Of a stretch of DNA of 20,000 nt, positions 14,421 to 20,000 are shown in pieces; position 1 is the stretch's first letter, and the number at the start of each line of letters is the position of its first letter. Position numbers and translations under genes: made by a program. The stretch comes from an uncultured virus (IMG/VR IMGVR_UViG_3300028809_000684) (taxonomy: Duplodnaviria > Heunggongvirae > Uroviricota > Caudoviricetes), in the IMG/VR virus record IMGVR_UViG_3300028809_000684; one strand, written 5' to 3'. The notes under the pieces were generated by a model, which was not told the DNA's origin, made no database searches, and worked only from the letters and a program-made list of their open reading frames with translations.

Positions 14421-14895
14421 CAGGGTCAGCAGCTCCGGAACCGTCTCCTGGCTCAGGGTCTTGCCGTTGAACAGAATCGGTCTCAGTCTCCTTCTGGGCC
14501 GGAATCCCGGCGGTGTTGATCATCACGTACGGCATCCCTCCAGGAAGAAGGGGCCAGGTCTCACGCTCAGACATGAACGCGGCGTAGCCGAGGGCCATGC
14601 CCAAGCACAGCAGCCCTTCGGCCTGGATGTGGAACCCCGTCCACATGACTCCATCCTTGCGAGTGACGAGGTTGAGGAAGCTCCATCCTTCCTTGAATTG
14701 ATCCGGGAGCTGGTCGAGCATCGCGATCACGTTTTTGCGTTGCTCCTCCAGCCTCTCGGGATGAAACGCGAGCCTGTGAACTGGCCCGATGACAACCTTG
14801 GCCCACTCCGGAGCCGTGACACCGTCGATCAAGTCCTTCCTATCAAGCAGGCACGCCAATGCGACTGCGTCAACGTTCTCCCCTGTGAGCTCCAT
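14356..14895 (-). CDS. Conserved phage-type hypothetical protein (FHPERL / GWSFLN / WTG / LPGGMPY motifs)
   Basis: AGGTGA RBS before ATG 14895; motif-rich core. Confidence 0.8.
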   Translation of the reverse strand: MELTGENVDAVALACLLDRKDLIDGVTAPEWAKVVIGPVHRLAFHPERLEEQRKNVIAMLDQLPDQFKEGWSFLNLVTRKDGVMWTGFHIQAEGLLCLGMALGYAAFMSERETWPLLPGGMPYVMINTAGIPAQKETETDSVQRQDPEPGDGSGAADPGGEGATEPGVHAGQPSNSGAT

Positions 14896-14896
14896 G

Positions 14897-15241
14897 TCAC
14901 CTGTCCTTTGCTTGGTTGTAGGCCGCGGCAAACTCCGCCAAGGAGTACGGCGTGGCCCGCTTTCCTTCCTCGATTGCGTCGGCGATCTGCTTTCTAACCG
15001 TCTTGCGGTCAGTCGCTTCCAGATCCTTGACGACCTGGTCCAGATCGTTACCGACAATGCCTCCACTCTCATGCTCGACAATCAGTGTTCGGTCAACGCC
15101 CGGCAGATTGACGACATGAAGCTGGACTCCGTGCTTGTACTTCTTCGGGCGTCCGAGACTGACCTCGATCGAAATCGGGGTATGCGGACTGCCGAACAGG
15201 AACGGCCGATATGCGGCGGTGTAGATCTTACGTTTGGCCAC
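14897..15241 (-). CDS. Hypothetical protein (114 aa)
   Basis: AAAGGA RBS before GTG. Confidence 0.75.
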   Translation of the reverse strand: MAKRKIYTAAYRPFLFGSPHTPISIEVSLGRPKKYKHGVQLHVVNLPGVDRTLIVEHESGGIVGNDLDQVVKDLEATDRKTVRKQIADAIEEGKRATPYSLAEFAAAYNQAKDR

Positions 15242-15614
15242 GGCGCTTTCCTTTCTTGCGAGCTTTCACGCGCTCCTGGATGTGGGCTTCGATGAACTCT
15301 TCACGGCTCGCGTAGACGGGCGCGTTCATGTCCATCGCTTCGTAGTCCCACCCAGTTCGAGCGAAGATACGGGCCATCTGGCCCAGGTTCTCCTCCTTGA
15401 GCTGGAGGATCAGATGACCAGCACAATGCTGCGCGGTCGGCGGCGGGGCAAAGACTTTCGGCACGTCGCCTTCATCGTTGTCCACGGTCTTGTGACACGG
15501 GAACACCCCATCCATGTGAGCCACGATCTCCCGCGCTCGGCCCAGTGTCAGGAAGACGGGAATGTCGCTCCTGAACGGGCACTGCGAGCACGGACTCTTC
15601 AGATCGGTGCGCAT
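15228..15614 (-). CDS. Cys/His metal-binding protein, DUF6283-like (128 aa)
   Basis: PCSQCPFR...FPCHKT...HCAG motif series; the family name is from recall and unverified. Confidence 0.7.
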   Translation of the reverse strand: MRTDLKSPCSQCPFRSDIPVFLTLGRAREIVAHMDGVFPCHKTVDNDEGDVPKVFAPPPTAQHCAGHLILQLKEENLGQMARIFARTGWDYEAMDMNAPVYASREEFIEAHIQERVKARKKGKRRGQT

Positions 15615-16135
15615 CAGAGACCCACGATCTTCAAGATCTCGATCGTCCGGTTGATCTGCGTGTAGAAAGTCGTATCACCCTTCGCCCACTGCCACTGACG
15701 TGCAGGATAAACAGGCAGCGGTCGGGGTTGACCGAGGATCTCCGCCAAAGACAAACCTTCGCCAAATCTCCTGACGACTGTCCTCACCCGATTACGAGTT
15801 TCGCGATCGAGTAGCTCCGGAATGTTGTCTGCGCAGGCGATCGCGTGTCGCAAATCACCGCCGCGAAGCGAGTCGACCATATCGAGAAGCCATCTCTCAG
15901 AAGGCAGCGTCGAAGACCAGGCGTTGAAGTCGATAGGTAGTGACGCGGGATCACATCGCCTGTAGAGCATTGCTCCCGCCAAGCAGACATGGCACTTTCC
16001 ATCGCTGCCGCTTGAGAGGAAGGTTCGCATGTTGACAACGACATCGGGCAGATCCTCGATCCGCTGCAAGTCGTCCCGAGCTGCTTCAAGCCAGCCCGAC
16101 ATTGATCTCTGCTCGTTCGCAAACTTCGGTTTCAT
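15614..16135 (-). CDS. Hypothetical protein with CHVCLAGA motif (about 173 aa)
   Basis: GGAGAG RBS before ATG 16135; TGATG overlap downstream. Confidence 0.75.
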   Translation of the reverse strand: MKPKFANEQRSMSGWLEAARDDLQRIEDLPDVVVNMRTFLSSGSDGKCHVCLAGAMLYRRCDPASLPIDFNAWSSTLPSERWLLDMVDSLRGGDLRHAIACADNIPELLDRETRNRVRTVVRRFGEGLSLAEILGQPRPLPVYPARQWQWAKGDTTFYTQINRTIEILKIVGL

Positions 16136-16145
16136 GTTCTCTCCA

Positions 16146-16165
16146 TTCAATCCGCGGGTATTGAA
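16146..16165 (-). promoter_or_regulatory. Recurrent upstream element, TTCAAT-N8-ATTGAA (TTCAATACCCGCGGATTGAA)
   Basis: 19/20 identical to 11097-11116; intergenic and abuts the RBS. Confidence 0.65.
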
Positions 16166-16176
16166 ACGCCCGCAGA

Positions 16177-16425
16177 TCAGTCACCCAGTTTCTGCTGCCA
16201 ATCGTCGTCAACGTCTGGCGGTTCGGCCTCTACATTTCGACGGGCCGCGTCAAGCATGTCGATAGCAACAGAGTCCGGTGCGTTCGTCGACAGATAGCTG
16301 AAGCCGGATTCCGTATGCAGCACGATCGTCATCAACAGAACGCTCGGATGTTTTCGGGTAAGCGCGTCGGTCAGCTCACGCGCGACGTTCTGAAGTTCTT
16401 CCCTTATAGCCTCTTCGTCTGCCAT
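16177..16425 (-). CDS. Hypothetical protein (82 aa)
   Basis: ATG 16425 follows the terminator-like hairpin. Confidence 0.7.
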   Translation of the reverse strand: MADEEAIREELQNVARELTDALTRKHPSVLLMTIVLHTESGFSYLSTNAPDSVAIDMLDAARRNVEAEPPDVDDDWQQKLGD

Positions 16426-16435
16426 GAGTTTCCCC

Positions 16436-16467
16436 AAAAGCACCGGCCCAGTTTCCCGGGCCGGTGC
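16436..16467 (-). terminator. Probable intrinsic terminator
   Basis: GCACCGGCCC-GGGAAACT-GGGCCGGTGC-TTTT on the minus strand (10-bp stem, GAAA-capped loop). Confidence 0.7.
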
Positions 16468-16504
16468 GAACTCATCTAGTTAAGGTCTTACGACCTACTC
16501 AGAA

Positions 16505-16693
16505 CTAACGGTCGCTGTCGGCATCGCCGGCCGCGGGCGGATCGGACTGCTCGGCGCCGGCCTCGGTGGGCTCGCCCGGCGTCGGTTCATCGGCGCTGGC
16601 CTCTTCAACGGGCAGTTTGCTCTCGTCAGCAACGGCCACGCCGCCCTCATCCCGACGACCCCGATACCCGTGACGCGGTTCATTTCCACACAT
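16505..16693 (-). CDS. Small acidic/low-complexity hypothetical protein (about 62 aa)
   Basis: GAGGAG RBS before ATG 16693, within track ORF 16505..16840. Confidence 0.45.
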   Translation of the reverse strand: MCGNEPRHGYRGRRDEGGVAVADESKLPVEEASADEPTPGEPTEAGAEQSDPPAAGDADSDR

Positions 16694-16769
16694 GGCGAAC
16701 TCCTCAGAAACGTTTTGGCTCCTCTCGAAATGAGAGGTCGGCCCAGCAGAGCACCGGAACATCCGGTGC

Positions 16770-17159
16770 TCACTCGTCATTGAGACAGTGGCACATGCGT
16801 CCAGCAGGAGTTTCATCTCCGCAATGAACGCAGAAGTCATGCCTGAGCTGTCCCATCACCTCTTCCCGCTGGAGAGCAGGGAGTGATCGCAAATGAGCGA
16901 AGAACTGCGCGGGGACGCCCGCGGACAGCTCTTCAAAGGTCGGCATCTTCGGTCCAATGGCTGACGGGGCCATGTGGAAGAGCCATTTCTCGCCGGTCCA
17001 GAAATTGAAGAAGTCGACGGTGATCCAGGCCAGGTGGTCCTGCTGCCAGATCTTGCAGGTATACCACCCCGGTTCTGTTGGGTCCTGGATGTCACCGCTT
17101 CCAAGCTCCGGATCCTTAGTCGGAATCTTCGGGTCGCTCTGCGCTTTTGACCGCGGCAT
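16770..17159 (-). CDS. Hypothetical protein with C-terminal Zn finger FCVHCG...CHCLNDE (129 aa)
   Basis: AGGAAGG RBS before ATG 17159. Confidence 0.75.
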   Translation of the reverse strand: MPRSKAQSDPKIPTKDPELGSGDIQDPTEPGWYTCKIWQQDHLAWITVDFFNFWTGEKWLFHMAPSAIGPKMPTFEELSAGVPAQFFAHLRSLPALQREEVMGQLRHDFCVHCGDETPAGRMCHCLNDE

Positions 17160-17316
17160 CAACTTCCTTCCTGGCCTGTTCGGCACGGTTGTAGGTGTTC
17201 GAGAGCTGCTTGACGCCTTCGGCGATGGCAGGATGGCCGAGCACACGCAGATTGGCCTCAACATCTGCGAAGCCCTCCACCGTCTCCGAGGCTGTTTGTT
17301 TACGCGGTTTGGTCAT
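17116..17316 (-). CDS. Small hypothetical protein (66 aa, MTKPRKQ...)
   Basis: C-terminal part of track ORF 17116..17535. Confidence 0.6.
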   Translation of the reverse strand: MTKPRKQTASETVEGFADVEANLRVLGHPAIAEGVKQLSNTYNRAEQARKEVDAAVKSAERPEDSD

Positions 17317-17455
17317 GGCTCTTTCGAGGCAAGAGAACGGAGGGCCTAGCGGCCAACTCACCACACGGCAGGTGACGCCTCTGGACGGCCAAGTGTGGGG
17401 TAGGGCTGGCCGCACCGTCCCTGGATGGGGAATGTGCCGCGGTGCCCTGCTCGGC

Positions 17456-17680
17456 CTATACGGTGACCGGAACCGTTCGCGCGATCCTTCGACCCTCGCG
17501 ATCGATCCGGTAGTTCTTGACATGGCAAGCCGCACAGAGGTGCAGCTTGGCCTTTCGATAAATGTCCCACTTCGAGCGCCTAGCCTCCTGTACAGCTGTA
17601 CTGAAGTTGCGCGCTTCGAAGCTACGAACGGCTCCGCAAATGGTGCAGACGAGCTTCAAAACGGTCGTTTGGCGGTCCAA
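17456..17680 (-). CDS. Small basic C4 Zn-finger protein (74 aa)
   Basis: AGGAGG RBS before TTG; CTIC...W...HLCAAC. Confidence 0.75.
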   Translation of the reverse strand: MDRQTTVLKLVCTICGAVRSFEARNFSTAVQEARRSKWDIYRKAKLHLCAACHVKNYRIDREGRRIARTVPVTV

Positions 17681-17721
17681 AGTGGCCTCCTAGGGCGTTG
17701 AGAAAGTTGCCCACGTGGTCT

Positions 17722-17790
17722 CCAAAATCCGGTTTCATTTGTCAACAAGACCGGTTTTGGGCGATTTTCCTGGAACTATTTCGATTTTCT
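17722..17790 (-). promoter_or_regulatory. Candidate promoter/operator region
   Basis: AT-rich intergenic gap. TTGACA (minus, 17740-17745) sits inside an imperfect inverted repeat, and GAAAATCG is repeated at a 20-bp period. No consensus -10 was seen. Confidence 0.45.
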
Positions 17791-17797
17791 GTCCGAG

Positions 17798-18616
17798 TTA
17801 CGGTCGACTGAGACGCGCAATCACAGGCACCTTCCAGAGCCACGGAGAGGGATGCTGGAAGGTGTCGGTCGTCGCGACCGTGTCGTACATACTCAGCGCG
17901 TCGAGGCCTTTGGAGAAGATTCCGTGGGCCACAAACAGGGCTGTTGATCTGGCGCCGGCGAGCCGCGGATGAAGCATCTTGAAGGTTGCTCCACCATCGC
18001 AGATGTCGTCCACAACGAGGACGTGCAGACCAGTGGCATCAACAGGCTTGTCGTCAACGCCGCGGATCTCCTTGTAGACGAGAGATCCGGTCGACGGATC
18101 TCGCGACTTCTCGCCGTACCAGACGTGAAAAGAGGGAACACGAACCGCCGCTTCCTGCTGACTGCGAAGGAAGGCTCCCTTATCCGGCAACAGGATGACC
18201 GTATCTTCGCTTGGCCAGCCCAGGCGCTGCAGGAGAGTGTCGACCTCGGGCCACATCGAAACGTTCTCAAGATTGTCGATCTCAGCGAACGCTGCCGCAC
18301 TGTGGGCCTCGTAGGTACGCACGCGGGAGTAACCGAGCTCGTTGATCAGCCGGCCGAACACGCGTAGCGAGAACGGCGACAGCTTCTCAGGGTCAGTCAC
18401 ACGATCCTGCCGGCCGTACGGTAGATAAGGGAGAACGAGAGTCCTCGGCTGCATACCGTTCCGCTTGAGGACGTCTGTCGCAAGGAGCAGATTCATCAGC
18501 GCGGAACTGGATCGAATGTCGGCCAGGAGAAACCCGTCGTTCTCCATGCCGGCTTGCAGCACAACATGCTGCTCCCCGGCGGAGAAGGTCAGCGTCTTAA
18601 AACTGGACAGAAGCAT
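17798..18616 (-). CDS. prs: Ribose-phosphate pyrophosphokinase-like protein (probable NARP1 ADPR-PP synthetase, Adps)
   Basis: Motifs FSAGE, LPYLPYGRQDR, EAHS, PDKGA, KSRD, VLVVDDICDGGATF and HGIFS. AAGGA RBS before ATG 18616; overlaps the Nampt-like gene by 20 bp. Confidence 0.92.
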   Translation of the reverse strand: MLLSSFKTLTFSAGEQHVVLQAGMENDGFLLADIRSSSALMNLLLATDVLKRNGMQPRTLVLPYLPYGRQDRVTDPEKLSPFSLRVFGRLINELGYSRVRTYEAHSAAAFAEIDNLENVSMWPEVDTLLQRLGWPSEDTVILLPDKGAFLRSQQEAAVRVPSFHVWYGEKSRDPSTGSLVYKEIRGVDDKPVDATGLHVLVVDDICDGGATFKMLHPRLAGARSTALFVAHGIFSKGLDALSMYDTVATTDTFQHPSPWLWKVPVIARLSRP

Positions 18617-20000
18617 GGAAGTTCCTTCGCACTTCGTCGAACGTGTAGCGCCGCAGGATCTGCCCGTTTCGGAAAACAGGCATGAGTTCGCTGGGCGCGT
18701 CGGGCGGTGCCGAGTCGTAGGTGACCCCGGCGCGGAGAGCGACCCGGCCAACATGGCTCTTCTTGCCAGAGTCGGTGATCGGGTCCTTGAAGATGTTGAC
18801 GTTGCGACCGTTCCGCGTGATCTGCGTGGCCTTGATCGCCATCCCCAGAGTGTCCCGCGTGCCGGCCCGGAGCAGACCACCAGCTCCGATGACGATATTC
18901 GATCCGTCGTACCCAGAGCCGACAGAGCGAATCAGCGTCTCCTCGTACCGCTGATGGTACATCCCGTCCCCGTAGATCAGCCCGATCTTCGGATTCAAGA
19001 TACGGTACGGACTGTCGGCCAGCCGCTCGCTGCCGAACAACTCGTCCAACAGGACCAGCACACCCTTGGCCTCCGGCGTACCTGGCTCAGCCTTGGCATC
19101 ACCGCAGATGATGTCCGGCGGGTAACCGCTATCGGGACGGATGATGACCCGACCGTTACGGGCAAGGATCTTGTCCTTCAGCCGCGGCAGAATGTTCGTA
19201 CAGACGTGCCAGATCGAGTAGGTGTCCGAGACGATGGAAACGTAGCCGTCCGGATACAACTCCAGCATCCGCTCGAACGCCTCGAACTCGAACTCGCGAC
19301 CGTAGGAGCACATGACAGAGTGCTCGGAGGCGGGCACAGACATCATGCACGGCGATTCCGTTGGGAGGCTGTAGTACTCCTCAATGAACGGCTCGGCCAC
19401 GATCGTGTCGCTGCCGCGGAACACGATGAGATGCGCTGCGCCGGAGATTGCCGCTGACTCCTCAGACGTGTCGCTCCGGTAGCCGAAGTCGTGCACGTTG
19501 AATTCCAGAGGCTGTCGCGAGTAGCGACGAGCGATTCGGTAATACTCCAGACTGTTTGTCGCGACGGTGCAGGGATACCACACCTTCAGCAGCAACGATT
19601 CCAGAAAGCCCGGCGCCCACGGGAAGTCGTCGTGCGTCGACTCCAGCGTGAGCAGGGCATTCTTCACCGGCAGGACGGTGCCCTCAGGCACGGCGCTGAT
19701 CTCGACAGGCCACTGACCGAGGTCAGCGATGCCGTGGAGCTTCTCCTTGATGTCGTCGCTCGGCTCGGACCCGAGGATCCGCCGACGCCGCTTGAGGAAG
19801 TCCTCGACGTTGGCCGTCGTGATGGGCTGAGTCAAGTACTCCATCAGGTAGTACTGCAAGCCGAAGAACAGGAGCTCCTCGAAGTACTTGTCGCTTCGGG
19901 CGTTCAGATACGAAATCACCCGGGTGGTCCCGGGTGCGTACTGTTCCATGTGGCCCATCTTGTAGACGTCAGTCCGCAGAAGCGGGTGAACTAGCTTCAT
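18597..20000 (-). CDS. nadV: Nicotinamide phosphoribosyltransferase-like protein (probable NARP1 Namat)
   Basis: Motifs TDVYKMGH, HDFGYR, PASEHSVM, SIVSDTY, IRPDSG, LIYGDG, RDT, KAT and KDPITDSGKKS. ATG lies at the window edge. Confidence 0.95.
   Translation of the reverse strand: MKLVHPLLRTDVYKMGHMEQYAPGTTRVISYLNARSDKYFEELLFFGLQYYLMEYLTQPITTANVEDFLKRRRRILGSEPSDDIKEKLHGIADLGQWPVEISAVPEGTVLPVKNALLTLESTHDDFPWAPGFLESLLLKVWYPCTVATNSLEYYRIARRYSRQPLEFNVHDFGYRSDTSEESAAISGAAHLIVFRGSDTIVAEPFIEEYYSLPTESPCMMSVPASEHSVMCSYGREFEFEAFERMLELYPDGYVSIVSDTYSIWHVCTNILPRLKDKILARNGRVIIRPDSGYPPDIICGDAKAEPGTPEAKGVLVLLDELFGSERLADSPYRILNPKIGLIYGDGMYHQRYEETLIRSVGSGYDGSNIVIGAGGLLRAGTRDTLGMAIKATQITRNGRNVNIFKDPITDSGKKSHVGRVALRAGVTYDSAPPDAPSELMPVFRNGQILRRYTFDEVRRNFHASVQF

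Noticed and set aside
13948..14997. Long plus-strand ORFs (for example 13948..14997, 18465..19457, 3293..4036, 9642..10322)
   Set aside because: They are antisense shadows of well-supported minus-strand genes in GC-rich DNA, with no recognisable motifs.
16478..16505. Hammerhead ribozyme look-alike (CTGAGTA-GGTC-GTAA-GACC-TTAA on minus strand)
   Set aside because: The core requires CUGANGA and GAAA; here the sequences are CUGAGUA and UUAA.
18617..18880. N-terminal 88-aa extension of the Prs-like ORF in the track
   Set aside because: It overlaps the Nampt-like gene out of frame. Prs homology and an RBS begin at ATG 18616.
1..20000. Stop-codon reassignment (alternative genetic code)
   Set aside because: Recognisable genes are intact under the standard code, and TGA, TAA and TAG all end genes at sensible, often overlapping junctions.

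Overview
This GC-rich window is densely packed with about 45 mostly short genes, all on the minus strand. Many are coupled by overlapping stop/start codons and have GGAG-type ribosome-binding sites. No structural, replication or integrase genes are present. The layout and several recurrent phage-type protein motifs fit the accessory (host-takeover) region of a large bacteriophage; this is an inference. A planctomycete-like host is suggested by the P-II N-terminus (IRHYKL) and by two Tat-signal proteins. Recognisable genes: an overlapping Nampt-like + Prs-like pair (the gene content of the phage NAD+ reconstitution pathway NARP1), a SPOUT/TrmH-family RNA methyltransferase, a P-II (GlnB/GlnK) protein, a stand-alone ParB/Srx-like domain and an ASCH-like protein. 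The most unusual observations are: (i) the P-II has a shortened T-loop, no Tyr51 and altered effector residues, so it may be a signal-blind decoy; (ii) a Zn-finger protein ends in a domain resembling the GTPase-associated adaptor domain (GAAD) of bacterial conflict systems; (iii) a CAATACCCG / TTCAAT-N8-ATTGAA element recurs five times directly in front of gene starts; (iv) a ~400-nt hairpin-rich non-coding gap may be a structured RNA. All family calls come from motif recognition by eye, not from database searches.
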